DNA of 20,631 nucleotides from an uncultured Verrucomicrobiales bacterium (GTDB lineage Bacteria > Verrucomicrobiota > Verrucomicrobiia > Verrucomicrobiales > DEV007): NCBI GenBank assembly GCA_938091905.1, contig CALKOM010000182.1, forward strand, positions 1-20,631, given 5' to 3'. Numbering within the stretch: position 1 is the stretch's first letter; every line of letters begins with the position of its first letter. Both the position numbers and the translations under genes were made by a program. Below are positions 1-9,345 of this stretch, piece by piece. The notes under the pieces were generated by a model. That model worked only from the letters and a program-made list of their open reading frames with translations, ran no database searches and was not told where the DNA came from.

Positions 1-1
1 G

Positions 2-169
2 GGTGTTGAAGGGCGTCTTGGGCAGATTATCAGCTATGCTCACGATGATGACACGCGTCTTACGAGTGCCACTCTAGCAGACTTCATTGATCAGCAATGT
101 CGGCTCTTGGTGACTGGAGAATGGCAATACGGAGAAGGGAGCGGATTCTTTCCGCGATCGGAACGTTGA
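2..169 (+). CDS. 3' end of a probable SMI1/KNR4-family protein (5' part outside the window)
   Basis: My translation from base 2: GVEGRLGQIISYAHDDDTRLTSATLADFIDQQCRLLVTGEWQYGEGSGFFPRSER*, with TGA at 167-169. The G..GQII...HD...R...A.L.DF pattern resembles SMI1/KNR4 C-termini. Not in the ORF track. Confidence 0.6.
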   Translation, partial: GVEGRLGQIISYAHDDDTRLTSATLADFIDQQCRLLVTGEWQYGEGSGFFPRSER

Positions 170-188
170 GGAGTCGTTCCCTAAAATG

Positions 189-223
189 AAAAAAGGCGCA
201 TCCCGTTGCAGGGATGCACCTTT
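189..223 (-). terminator. Intrinsic terminator after the glutamine synthetase gene, between convergent genes
   Basis: Minus strand reads AAAGGTGCATCCC-TGCAAC-GGGATGCGCCTTT followed by a T run. Confidence 0.85.
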
Positions 224-246
224 CGTAAAGCTGTTTGTCAGGCGAC

Positions 247-1257
247 TTAGCCTGCTTCCTGGACGGTCTTGAGGATGCGGCCAGCGATGGCGTAAGGGTC
301 GCCTTGTGAGTTTGGACGGCGGTCTTCGAGGTAGCCTTTCCAATCGTTCTTTGCGAAGGCATGCGGCACGCGGATAGAAGCTCCGCGGTCAGCAATACCC
401 CATGAGAACGTATCGATGGCTTGTGTCTCGTGCAGACCAGTCAAACGCATGTGGTTGTCTGGACCATAGACGGCGATGTGCTCTTCCATGTTGTTCTTAA
501 AGCCTTCCATGAGCTTCTCGAAGTATTCTTTGCCGCCTTCGTCACGCATCTTCTTGGTGGAGAAGTTCGCGTGCATGCCTGAACCGTTCCAGTCGGTGTC
601 TCCCAGAGGCTTACAATGGTATTCGATGTCAACGCCGTAACTCTCGCAGACGCGTGCGAGAATGTAGCGAGCCACCCAAACTTGGTCAGCCGCCGAAGCA
701 GAGCCTTTGCCAAAGATTTGAAATTCCCACTGACCTTTCGCGACCTCGGCATTGATCCCCTCGTGGTTGATGCCAGCGTCGAGACAGATGTCGAGGTGCT
801 CCTCGACGATCTGGCGAGCGACGTCACCGACATTGCTAAAGCCAACTCCTGTGTAGTAGCCGCCTTGTGGTGCCGGGTAGCCATGCTTTGGAAAGCCTAA
901 CGGACGGCCATCTTCATAAAGGAAGTATTCCTGCTCGAAGCCGAACCAGGCATCAGGATCGTCAGGGATATTGGCGCGGGTGTTGGAGGGGTGAGGTTCG
1001 CCGGTGGGCAGCATGACCTCACACATGACGAGCGCACCATTCTTGCGAGTGCTGTCAGGGAAGACGCTCGCTGGCTTGAGGATACAGTCGGAATCGCTTC
1101 CATCTGCCTGCAGCGTGGAGCTACCGTCGAATCCCCATTCGGGCAGTTGATCGAGGCTTGGGAAGGAGTCGAACTCTTTCACCATGGTCTTGCCGCGGAG
1201 GTTGGCCACCGGTGTGTAGCCGTCCAGCCAGAGGTATTCCAGTTTGAATTTGGGCAT
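247..1257 (-). CDS. glnII: Glutamine synthetase type II (GSII, ~336 aa)
   Basis: Motifs LEYLWLDG, WGFDGSST, WFGFEQEY, GINAEVAKGQWEFQ, DWNGSGMH, RLTGLHET, RGASIRVP and YLEDRRP; length fits GSII. ATG at 1257 (MPKFKLEY) chosen over the longer TTG ORF. Confidence 0.93.
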   Translation of the reverse strand: MPKFKLEYLWLDGYTPVANLRGKTMVKEFDSFPSLDQLPEWGFDGSSTLQADGSDSDCILKPASVFPDSTRKNGALVMCEVMLPTGEPHPSNTRANIPDDPDAWFGFEQEYFLYEDGRPLGFPKHGYPAPQGGYYTGVGFSNVGDVARQIVEEHLDICLDAGINHEGINAEVAKGQWEFQIFGKGSASAADQVWVARYILARVCESYGVDIEYHCKPLGDTDWNGSGMHANFSTKKMRDEGGKEYFEKLMEGFKNNMEEHIAVYGPDNHMRLTGLHETQAIDTFSWGIADRGASIRVPHAFAKNDWKGYLEDRRPNSQGDPYAIAGRILKTVQEAG

Positions 1258-1335
1258 CGTGTCTTTCTTGTGTTTTATGGTTTGAGTGTTGGGAGAAGGA
1301 TTTGAAGTTTTCGACCCCAACTCGGTTTGGTCGCC

Positions 1336-1351
1336 AGCACGTTATATGCCA
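1336..1351 (-). promoter_or_regulatory. Putative sigma-54 (-24/-12) promoter of the GS gene
   Basis: Minus strand TGGCATATAACGTGCT has GG-N10-GC spacing matching TGGCAC-N5-TTGCW, ~80 bp upstream of the ATG. Confidence 0.6.
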
Positions 1352-1406
1352 GCTGTTTGCGAATTAAAGTACATTTCTGGGAAGGATGAGAATGGTCTCC
1401 CAAAGG

Positions 1407-1442
1407 TGTCTAAATTGCGCCAGAAGTGTCTCTTTTTAGACA
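1407..1442. promoter_or_regulatory. Tandem putative enhancer-binding-protein sites (TGT-N10-ACA type)
   Basis: TGT-CTAAATTGCG-CCA at 1407-1422 and TGT-CTCTTTTTAG-ACA at 1427-1442 are 20 bp apart and lie upstream of the -24 box. Confidence 0.45.
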
Positions 1443-1449
1443 GAAATCC

Positions 1450-2436
1450 TTAGGACAAGAGGTCTTTGACGGCTTCCCGTTCTTCGTTTAGTTCCTTGAT
1501 CGAGGCATCGATCTTCTCGCGGCTAAAGTCATTGATATGGATACCTTCTGCCACGCTCCAAGAGCCGTCGCCATTCGTGCGGATGGGTAGAGAGGCAATT
1601 AGACCTTCGTCCACCCCGTAGCTTCCGTCGGAACAGACGCAGACGCTGTTCGCGTCCCACTGAGGGGTGGGGGTCGTGAGGCAACGGACGGAATCGACGA
1701 TGGCGTTGGCGGCAGAGGCGGCCGACGAGGCGCCCCGCGCTTTGATGATGGCCGCCCCACGTTGCTGAACCGTGCTGATAAACTCGCCCTTGAGCCATTC
1801 TTCATCGGAGATGACCGCGGTGGCGGGTTGGCCGCCGATCTGTGCGGTGTAGAAGTCAGGATATTGTGTGGCTGAGTGATTTCCCCAGATGATCATCTGA
1901 CCAACCTTGCTGACGTGTACCCCAGCCTTAGCCGCAAGCTGCGATTTGGCGCGATTCTCATCGAGCTTTGTCATGGCAAACCAGCGATTGTTCGGAACGT
2001 CCTTGGCGTTGTTCATTGCGATGAGACAATTCGTATTGCACGGATTGCCGATGACTAACGTGCGCACATTGGAAGCGGCGTTCTTCTGGATCGCTTGACC
2101 CTGACCTGTGAAGATCTTCCCATTGATGCCCAGCAGATCCTTTCTCTCCATACCGGCTTTCCGCGGGACGCTGCCAACGAGGAGAGACCAATTGGTCCCT
2201 CGGAAACCTTCGTTCAGGTCAGCAGTGGGAACGACTTCCTGAAGCAAGGGAAAAGCACAGTCGTCGAGCTCCATGACGACGCCTTCAAGCGCCGGCAGGG
2301 CAGGCTCGATCTCAATCAGACGCAAGTTCACGGGTTGATCTGGGCCGAACATGGCGCCGGAGGCGATGCGGAAGAGGAGCGCGTAACCGATTTGTCCGGC
2401 AGCACCGGTGACGGAGACTGTGATTGGGTCTTTCAT
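1450..2436 (-). CDS. mdh: Malate dehydrogenase (MDH type 2 family)
   Basis: [11 protein letters not shown]ossmann motif, [41 protein letters not shown] and [10 protein letters not shown]. Confidence 0.96.
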   Translation of the reverse strand: MKDPITVSVTGAAGQIGYALLFRIASGAMFGPDQPVNLRLIEIEPALPALEGVVMELDDCAFPLLQEVVPTADLNEGFRGTNWSLLVGSVPRKAGMERKDLLGINGKIFTGQGQAIQKNAASNVRTLVIGNPCNTNCLIAMNNAKDVPNNRWFAMTKLDENRAKSQLAAKAGVHVSKVGQMIIWGNHSATQYPDFYTAQIGGQPATAVISDEEWLKGEFISTVQQRGAAIIKARGASSAASAANAIVDSVRCLTTPTPQWDANSVCVCSDGSYGVDEGLIASLPIRTNGDGSWSVAEGIHINDFSREKIDASIKELNEEREAVKDLLS

Positions 2437-2483
2437 GCGTTTGGGTCTATCTACTTAGGTTGTAGTATTGATGTGTTAGAATC

Positions 2484-3077
2484 TCAGAGGTGGTTCGGCA
2501 TGTCAAACAAGGTGTGCTCGGTGATGAGGCAGAGAGTGTGAATGATTACCTGATGAACTTCTTGGATGCGTGCGGTCGATTGGCAGGGCACGATGATCTC
2601 GGCATCTGCCAAACCGGCGCAGAGTCCGCCCTCTCGACCTAACAGAGACACGGTGACCATATTCTGTTCCTTTGCCATTTCGAGGGCCAGCTTGATATTG
2701 GTGGAGTCACCACTGGTGGAGATGGCAACTAGCACATCGCCGGACTTCCCCAGGCCGCGCACTTGGCGGGCAAAGACTTCGTCATATCCGTAGTCGTTCG
2801 ATGTCGCTGTGAGAAAACTGCTATCGGCGGTTAGGGCCACAGCTGGAAGCGGGGGGCGGTCGTCCTTTAAACGACAGAGAAGCTCGGTGGTAAAGTGTGA
2901 GGCGTCCGCTGCGCTGCCGCCGTTGCCGCAGGCATAAAGGTGCTGCCCCTTTCCCAGAGCATTGGTCATGAGCTTGGCGGCCTTGGACACATCCGGTCCT
3001 AATACAAGCGAGGCCTCCATGCTAGCGATGCTGGCCTGGATCTGTTGGCGGTAAATGCTTTCGGCGTCACTCGACAC
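2484..3077 (-). CDS. gmhA: Phosphoheptose (sedoheptulose-7-phosphate) isomerase, SIS domain
   Basis: CGNGGSAADASHF, NDYGYDEVFARQV, AISTSGDS and TARIQEVH. GTG at 3077 gives 197 aa; the start is uncertain. Confidence 0.9.
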   Translation of the reverse strand: MSSDAESIYRQQIQASIASMEASLVLGPDVSKAAKLMTNALGKGQHLYACGNGGSAADASHFTTELLCRLKDDRPPLPAVALTADSSFLTATSNDYGYDEVFARQVRGLGKSGDVLVAISTSGDSTNIKLALEMAKEQNMVTVSLLGREGGLCAGLADAEIIVPCQSTARIQEVHQVIIHTLCLITEHTLFDMPNHL

Positions 3078-3108
3078 GGGCGCACCTGAACACCCAACCT
3101 GAGCGTTG

Positions 3109-4569
3109 TCACTCGGATTCCACTGGTTTTTCCGGGGAATCACCTAGGCGGTAGGTTTGCTGGAGAATCTTCCGAAACTCCTCGCGGAACGTATCCCAAT
3201 CTGGATCCTCCATCATAGCGCGGGGGCCCTTTTTGTAACGGGCGAGCCAGTTCGGGCCAGGGCCATTTTCTAGGCCTGCTAAGTCGAGGTAGGAGATCTG
3301 TACGTGCTTGGCCGGATACTGAAAGAGTTTGCGCAAGAGTGCTAGAGTTGTCTTGAGATCGTAGCTCTTGGGATTCACTTCCCATTGATTCGTTAAGCGT
3401 TGGCGGAAAGTCTCGTCATTTGCCCAGAGACGACGCAGTGAATTTGCGCCAAAGGATGAGAAGCTCATTTGGGCATTTGCCTCTGGAGGATTCAACTTGC
3501 CATTGGGCGCTGGCCAGAGTTGTGATAATTCCATCGAGAGTGATGGAAGGCTCTCCCAGGCGATCCTGATGGTGGAGGCCGTGGTTTCCGAGACATGCGG
3601 GTTGGGGAGACGGTTGATAAACGTTTTGAGTCCGTCGTCCTGATCTACTTGGCGAATTGTTTGCCGAAAGTCTGGAATACGGAACTCTTCGAAGATCGGA
3701 CTGAGACGGCGAAGGCGGTGTTCCAAATGATCGAGGAGGTTGCCCTCGTAGATTGCCGTCTTGCGTCCTTCGCTGATTTCCAGTCGGAAGCCGTCTGGCT
3801 CTCGAAAGAACTCGGCGCAGTGAGGAGATACCCCGCAATGGAGATCCGTGATCAGCCGAATATTCAGCCTCTCTGCGTGCGCACTTACATCGCGCCACTG
3901 CGTGTCTGCGACCCATTGAACGTAGGCGTAGAAGGCCAATTGGCGTTCGAGCGCTTCAGGTTTCTTCGCTGAAATTGCCGCCACAAATTGGCGGGCGTCT
4001 TCATAGCGTCCATAGTCCTCGCTCCAATCTTCCCACGACTCGCACCCTTGCTCGAAGTCCATGAGCATCCGGTACATGCAGTAGTCGGGCAGCCACCTTT
4101 GTTCACGATGACAGAAGCGGTGATAGTCTCTAGCTCGGATCGAACCCTTCAAGTAATGCGCATCCCAGAAATGCTCGAATGCCTGCCAGAGAAGATCAAT
4201 CTTCACCTTCTTGACCTGGTTGTAGGCCAAGGCGTCTCCGTTTGTCTTGTCGTATTCGGCGTCAGCTGACCGTGTCACCCGATCATAGGCCGTCGATTGT
4301 AGATCATCCAAGGTCCAAGGTGAGACATCTAGAAGAATTGGATCCAAAGCATAGAAGCTGATCGGCGAAGCCGGATCATTACCTTTCACGGTTTCCTGAA
4401 TAGGCAGAACCGTGAGCGACTGCAAACCGATGGCGTGGGCGAGGTCAATCAGTTCATGAACAACCTGAGTGTCTCCACAACCAAGATCTCCATCCCGGGG
4501 AATGGCGAACACGGGTACCTCGAGCCCGGCGGACCGAGTGGATTTGGTTGTTGGAGAACTTGCGATCAT
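3109..4569 (-). CDS. 4-alpha-glucanotransferase (GH77/MalQ)-like protein, catalytic half degenerate
   Basis: The N-terminal half follows GH77 (RSAGLEVPVFAI..GDLGCGD, LPIQET, SPISFYALDP, WLPDYCMYR, FYAYVQWVADTQW, LITDLHCGV). The canonical RIDH, EDLG and THD motifs are not recognisable. Confidence 0.7.
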   Translation of the reverse strand: MIASSPTTKSTRSAGLEVPVFAIPRDGDLGCGDTQVVHELIDLAHAIGLQSLTVLPIQETVKGNDPASPISFYALDPILLDVSPWTLDDLQSTAYDRVTRSADAEYDKTNGDALAYNQVKKVKIDLLWQAFEHFWDAHYLKGSIRARDYHRFCHREQRWLPDYCMYRMLMDFEQGCESWEDWSEDYGRYEDARQFVAAISAKKPEALERQLAFYAYVQWVADTQWRDVSAHAERLNIRLITDLHCGVSPHCAEFFREPDGFRLEISEGRKTAIYEGNLLDHLEHRLRRLSPIFEEFRIPDFRQTIRQVDQDDGLKTFINRLPNPHVSETTASTIRIAWESLPSLSMELSQLWPAPNGKLNPPEANAQMSFSSFGANSLRRLWANDETFRQRLTNQWEVNPKSYDLKTTLALLRKLFQYPAKHVQISYLDLAGLENGPGPNWLARYKKGPRAMMEDPDWDTFREEFRKILQQTYRLGDSPEKPVESE

Positions 4570-4718
4570 TGTCGTCTGTTAAGACAACTTGATAATTTCA
4601 ATAAAATCTAGAAATTTTTAGTAAATTTATTCATCCTGGTGATGTTATGGCAGTAAACTGCCTTGAGTAGACACAATTACGGCTACTCTAGCCAGATTTT
4701 CCTGTTCCAGGTCCCAGC

Positions 4719-6005
4719 CTAGGTCAGCTGCCAGTCGCCACGCATCTTGCGCTTGAGCAACCCGTTGGCCTTGTCGGAATTCGTGATGGTTTCCGTTTCG
4801 GGATCGAACTGAATCTCCTTCCCAGTGGCCGAAGCGATACCTCCGAGATGGCAGCAAGTTGCCGCGCGGTGGGCTGCCTCTGCTGGGGCCGCAGTCGCTT
4901 CACGCGAGTAGACGGAGTCTATGAAATTGCGATGGTGGTTGCTCGACTCGTAGAGTTTCTCATCCGTCGGCTTGAGTTTTGTCGTGCGCAGGCCCGCAGG
5001 GTCCGTAATGAGCTTGGTATTCTCTGTGAACACAGAGCCTTCCTCTCCAATGAACTTGGTTCCCCAGAGAGACTGATCCGCCGTCGAGATCATCGTCATT
5101 TCCACTCCATTCGCATAGCGATAGTCTAGGCGGAAAGCCTCGGGAGCGTTGTAAATGCCATGTTCTCTACGCATCACCTCGCTGGGTGCCACCGAAATTG
5201 GCGCGGTGTCGTCGGTGTCATTTCCCCACTGGGCCACATCCAAAAAGTGCGCTCCCCAGTCCGTGATGTAACCGGGAGCGTAATCGGTGATCCACCGAAA
5301 GTTGAAGTGGCAACGCGCCGCTGTGTAAGGGGCGTTCGGCGCTGGGCCTAACCACATTTCATAGTCGAGCTCTTTCGGCACTATCTCCTTCTTCTCAAGA
5401 CCGGTGAACTTACCATGGCGAATCTCGAACTTGGCAGGTACGCCGACCTCGATCCGCTGGAGCTTGCCAATATAACCATTTCTGACCCACTCGCAGGCCA
5501 TCCGTGTGTAAATGCCAGAACGTCGCCACGTGCCGCACTGAATCACTCGCCTGTATTGTTCAGCTAGGCGGCAGACATAGCGTCCTTCGACAACGCTTGC
5601 TGCCAACGGTTTCTCGCAGTAGACGTCCTTTCCCGATTTGATGGCCGCTCCGGTCATGAGGGCATGCCAATGGTCAGGCGTGGCGATCATCACCGCGTCA
5701 ATGTCTTCCCTTGCGATCAGTTCGCGGAAGTCGCCTGTGCCTGCCTCTGGCTTCAGACCGGCAGTTTCCAAGGCCTTAGCACGATGATTTGCATCCACGT
5801 CGCAGATGCCAAGCACTTCGACGCGCTTGTCCTGTAGGAAGGCCGAGAGGTTGCCACTGCCCATGCCTCCGACACCGATACAGCCCAACTGAACGCGCTC
5901 GTTAGGCGGTGTGGCGCCCTCTTTGCCAAGGACAGAATTAGGAACAATGAGAGGGCCTGCTAAGCCGAGAGTCGATTTGAGAAATCCGCGCCGTGTGCTG
6001 CTCAT
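4719..6005 (-). CDS. Tat-exported Gfo/Idh/MocA family oxidoreductase
   Basis: Twin-arginine signal STRRGFLK, then IGVGGMG, IATPDHWH, DVYCEKP, YEMWLGPAP and ITDWGAHFLD. Confidence 0.92.
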   Translation of the reverse strand: MSSTRRGFLKSTLGLAGPLIVPNSVLGKEGATPPNERVQLGCIGVGGMGSGNLSAFLQDKRVEVLGICDVDANHRAKALETAGLKPEAGTGDFRELIAREDIDAVMIATPDHWHALMTGAAIKSGKDVYCEKPLAASVVEGRYVCRLAEQYRRVIQCGTWRRSGIYTRMACEWVRNGYIGKLQRIEVGVPAKFEIRHGKFTGLEKKEIVPKELDYEMWLGPAPNAPYTAARCHFNFRWITDYAPGYITDWGAHFLDVAQWGNDTDDTAPISVAPSEVMRREHGIYNAPEAFRLDYRYANGVEMTMISTADQSLWGTKFIGEEGSVFTENTKLITDPAGLRTTKLKPTDEKLYESSNHHRNFIDSVYSREATAAPAEAAHRAATCCHLGGIASATGKEIQFDPETETITNSDKANGLLKRKMRGDWQLT

Positions 6006-6046
6006 GCGTCAAGTCTAGAAGGCCCAATGAGTCAGAAGCAAGCTGA

Positions 6047-6715
6047 TTAAAGTTGCCTCCGATAACTTTGAATTGCCGCCTTAAAGTTGGCCCATTTCAG
6101 CTTTAGCTTGCCGTCTTCTAAAAGTAGTCCGGGACAGTTCTTGTAGCCGAGATCCTTCCCGTCTTTGAATCGAATACGCTTCCAGTGTTGGTGGGGCACG
6201 ACGTTGGCGAGAGGGATGCCATGCCGCTTCATCAGAAGGGCAACGAGTTTGGCAGTGCGATCAATCGTTTGTGGAGCGCTGTTCCCACGGTTCACACACA
6301 TTTCGATTCCAATGGACTCACGATTTCCTTGACCCTGGTAGTCTGCATGCTGGCCTTGTTCAGTGTCTGGCAAGCTGCGATAAATGGATGACTGATCGAC
6401 GGTGTAATGCCACGAGAGGTAGCCTAACGAATTGTGTGTGGACTTGAGGGCACCGTTGCGTTGCGCCTGCGCGTGGCGTTCCGCATTGGCTCCGCGGCTA
6501 ACGTTCGCCGTGAAATGGACGGTGATGAACTTTGGCTTCTGTAGATGCTTGCGTTTCCTCGCATGTTTGCCAGGCTGGATCATCTTACTGGAGTTGATCT
6601 CAAACAAGCCTCAATGAGCTGGACAACGCGCGGTCTTGGTGAGCTGAGCTCCACTTTTGAATTGTAATGCGAGCAGAGAGAAGAGCAGCAGCGTTGGGAT
6701 CGCTTTGGACAACAT
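6047..6715 (-). pseudogene. N-acetylmuramoyl-L-alanine amidase (Amidase_2) interrupted by an in-frame TGA
   Basis: Catalytic part 6047-6607 has ITVHFTAN, SWHYTVD, GQHA, SIGIEMC, VVPHQHW and KNCPG. In-frame upstream ATG 6715 encodes a signal-like peptide MLSKAIPTLLLFSLLALQFKSGA, but codon 35 (6613-6611) is TGA. Confidence 0.7.
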
Positions 6716-6755
6716 CGTTGCTTTGGGCAGGGGATGCCGACTTCAGTCGGTTTGG

Positions 6756-7838
6756 TTAGGCCTCTACCAACGGCATGGCCTTTTTCACTGCGGGTACGAC
6801 GTCGTCGAGCTCGTCGACGACAATAAACTCTTTCGCGCAACACGTTTTGGAGAGCATGTCGATGAACGGAGCCCAGAAGCGTTTGCCTGTCTTCTCATCT
6901 TTCCTGTCGAAGATGACCACGGGTTTGCCTTTCATCAACGGATCGCCGTCGTGCTTCATGAGGAGGAGCGCGAGTACTTCCTGAACCGTGCCGGCACCTC
7001 CTGGATAAGCTACGAAAGAGTCTGAGTTCTCTATCATCACTTCCATGCGCGTGTAGATGTCCGGGCGTAACCAGAAACTAGAGAGTCCCTTGGGAAGGCC
7101 TTCGAGCTCGATGATGTGAGGTACGTTTGAGCCCCCGGTCCAGCCGCCGGCGTCAACCGATCCACGAACGACAGCGCCCATCACTCCTGTCTTGCCAGCT
7201 CCGGACACACAGCCCAGTTGATTCTCTGCTAATAGTTTGCCGAGCGTGTAGCCATCTCCGAGATAAGCGGGATCTTCGATGCTTGCCGAACAGAATACGC
7301 AAACATTCCCCGCATGGTCATCCGGCAAAGGAGTGTCGTGGGACTGCACGTTGCTGCTGTCTTCGCCGAAATCCTCTGCGTGGTGACGTCCTGCGTCCGC
7401 AATGCCACGTTCCTGGACTTCTTCTAGCCTTCTGACGACGTTCTTCGCAGATTTCACGGGAACGATGAAATCACGGTAGTCCTGTTTGATCGTGCCGAGC
7501 TCTTGTAAGTGTTCGAGTAGACTAAAGAGGGATTGCCAAGATCCATCTCCATTCATGATGGCGGTCGGCTTGCCAGAGAGATCAGCATCTAGGGTTTGGT
7601 AGCCAACGAAGACGGAGACGGCCTTGAACAATTCTTGTAGCGTCGATCCTCGCGTAAAGACAAACGCATCGGCCCCTTTGATCTTACCCTGTACATTTCC
7701 CAGGGTGATGAGCTCGTCGCCATTCGCATTATCAATGTCCCAGCCTCCGGCGAAGAGCATGTAGAGTAGTCGGGCGCGTTCCTCGCGGGTAGGATCTTGA
7801 CTACCGTCGACTTGACCGGACAAACGAACTTTGGGCAT
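6756..7838 (-). CDS. LOG-family (nucleotide phosphoribohydrolase / SLOG) protein with an extra LOG-like N-terminal half
   Basis: C-terminal half has VCVFCSAS, GAGKTGVMGAV, RMEVMIENSDSFVAYPGGAGTVQE and KPVVIFD. N-terminal ADAFVF..GSTLQELF...GKPTAIMNGDGSW echoes the same fold. Confidence 0.85.
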   Translation of the reverse strand: MPKVRLSGQVDGSQDPTREERARLLYMLFAGGWDIDNANGDELITLGNVQGKIKGADAFVFTRGSTLQELFKAVSVFVGYQTLDADLSGKPTAIMNGDGSWQSLFSLLEHLQELGTIKQDYRDFIVPVKSAKNVVRRLEEVQERGIADAGRHHAEDFGEDSSNVQSHDTPLPDDHAGNVCVFCSASIEDPAYLGDGYTLGKLLAENQLGCVSGAGKTGVMGAVVRGSVDAGGWTGGSNVPHIIELEGLPKGLSSFWLRPDIYTRMEVMIENSDSFVAYPGGAGTVQEVLALLLMKHDGDPLMKGKPVVIFDRKDEKTGKRFWAPFIDMLSKTCCAKEFIVVDELDDVVPAVKKAMPLVEA

Positions 7839-7911
7839 TTTAGCAGGGGGCTGTAGGGGTGGGGCTTGGGTAAAGCGACCGTCTTTGCAACGAGCGCTTC
7901 TGCAAGCTGGA

Positions 7912-9237
7912 TTACATCGACTTCAGCTTATCAACGAGCTGGTAGATGCCGACGGTCGCCATCATCGCAGACGAGACCCACAGAAAGAGGACCCAGGCTT
8001 TGCTCGGCCGCAACCGTTCTTCCGTCTGGGTATAGAGGAAGTAGAGGGCTGCAATGCACAGAAATGGTAGCATGAGAGCTTGGGCAATGGCCCCGACGAA
8101 GACGAGCCCGAGTGGGTTGCCTACAGTGACGTAAAAAATAAAGTAGAGAGCAGGCAAGGCGATGCAAGCGATGGCCACATGACGGACTCTGCTAGATTCA
8201 TCCTTGGTCTTGATCCAACCAAACATGCGTAGGAAGTCGACGGAGAGACGACTGTTAGAAGCGGTGGAAATGAAGACGGTAGAATAAAGGACGGCGAAAC
8301 CACCCACCAAGAAGACCCACAACCCGACGTTGCCGAAAGATGTGGTGTATAGATTAGAAAGATTGGAAATAAGATTGTCCTTCTCAATCGCAATATTCTG
8401 TCCGTGCAGGACGGCAGCCCCTAACAGATAGAACGCAACCGTAGCCCCAGTGTAGATCACCATGGACGCCCAGGCGTCCCATTTCAGAACACGAATCCAT
8501 CCCTGGGCCCTCGCGTGCCAAGCCTCGGAGCCATCGTTAGGGCCGACGTTTGACGCGTATCCTTTCTCGAGGCACCAGTACGGATAATAGATGAGTTCAG
8601 CTGCCCCGACTCCAATGACGCCGAACGCTCCAAGAGCGACGGCTAGATCACTCGGAATCTGAAATTTCAGTCCTTCAGCAATTTGACTCGCCTTGATGCC
8701 GAAGTCTGTCCAATAAAGTGAGAAGACGGCGAAGATCGTGAAGATCGTGAAACTCGCTACCATGATCGTCGAGAATTTCTCGATAAAGCGATAGCGCCCG
8801 ATGAAGAGCAGAGCAGCGCACGAACCGGTGACGAAGAATGCTAGAATGGTGTCTTTGAGATCCAGGCCACCCAGTTGGAGGACTTCGGCAATACCACCTA
8901 CAATGCCAGCCAATTGAAAGAAGGTGGCAATGAACATGATGAGCCAGCACCAGACGAGCCAAGACACGCGGAATCGCGGACCAGGCATCGTGTCCAAGGC
9001 TTGGAGAGTTGTCTTGCCCGTTGAGATCGTGTAGCGCCCAAGCTCGACTTGGAGAAAGACCTTCACCATGCAGCCGAGAATAATGAACCACAGCAGCATG
9101 AATCCCACATCGGCACCGAGCTTGGTGGTGACGATGAGTTCACCCGATCCGACGATGTTTGCGGAGATAATCAGTCCAGGGCCTAGTTGTTTGAGGATGC
9201 CCCGCCAATCGCTCGGAGGCTCTGCGTGTGTTTGCAT
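7912..9237 (-). CDS. Nramp-superfamily-like (APC fold) membrane transporter
   Basis: About 11 hydrophobic segments; LGPGLIISANIVGSGELIVTT and QVELGRYTISTGKT. The MntH DPGN motif is absent, so the substrate is uncertain. Confidence 0.8.
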   Translation of the reverse strand: MQTHAEPPSDWRGILKQLGPGLIISANIVGSGELIVTTKLGADVGFMLLWFIILGCMVKVFLQVELGRYTISTGKTTLQALDTMPGPRFRVSWLVWCWLIMFIATFFQLAGIVGGIAEVLQLGGLDLKDTILAFFVTGSCAALLFIGRYRFIEKFSTIMVASFTIFTIFAVFSLYWTDFGIKASQIAEGLKFQIPSDLAVALGAFGVIGVGAAELIYYPYWCLEKGYASNVGPNDGSEAWHARAQGWIRVLKWDAWASMVIYTGATVAFYLLGAAVLHGQNIAIEKDNLISNLSNLYTTSFGNVGLWVFLVGGFAVLYSTVFISTASNSRLSVDFLRMFGWIKTKDESSRVRHVAIACIALPALYFIFYVTVGNPLGLVFVGAIAQALMLPFLCIAALYFLYTQTEERLRPSKAWVLFLWVSSAMMATVGIYQLVDKLKSM

Positions 9238-9345
9238 GTCGCGGAGAGTAAGGGCCTTGTGTCGAGTTTGGGAAGCCCTTTATCGATGGTGTGCTCATTG
9301 GCCTTGGGGTTGACTTCCCAGGCATCCGCGCTAGCGAAGCGTCCC

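Noticed and set aside
4594..4635. AT-rich imperfect inverted repeat upstream of the GH77-like gene
   Set aside because: Plausibly promoter DNA, but the symmetry is expected by chance at this AT content and no regulator can be assigned.
6611..6613. Genome-wide TGA=Trp or selenocysteine recoding
   Set aside because: TGA ends several well-conserved genes here, Trp is encoded by TGG, and the position is not a catalytic Cys site.
9187..9345. N-terminal extension of dcd from the ORF track
   Set aside because: It overlaps the divergent transporter start; the family-typical start MILSD is at 9346.
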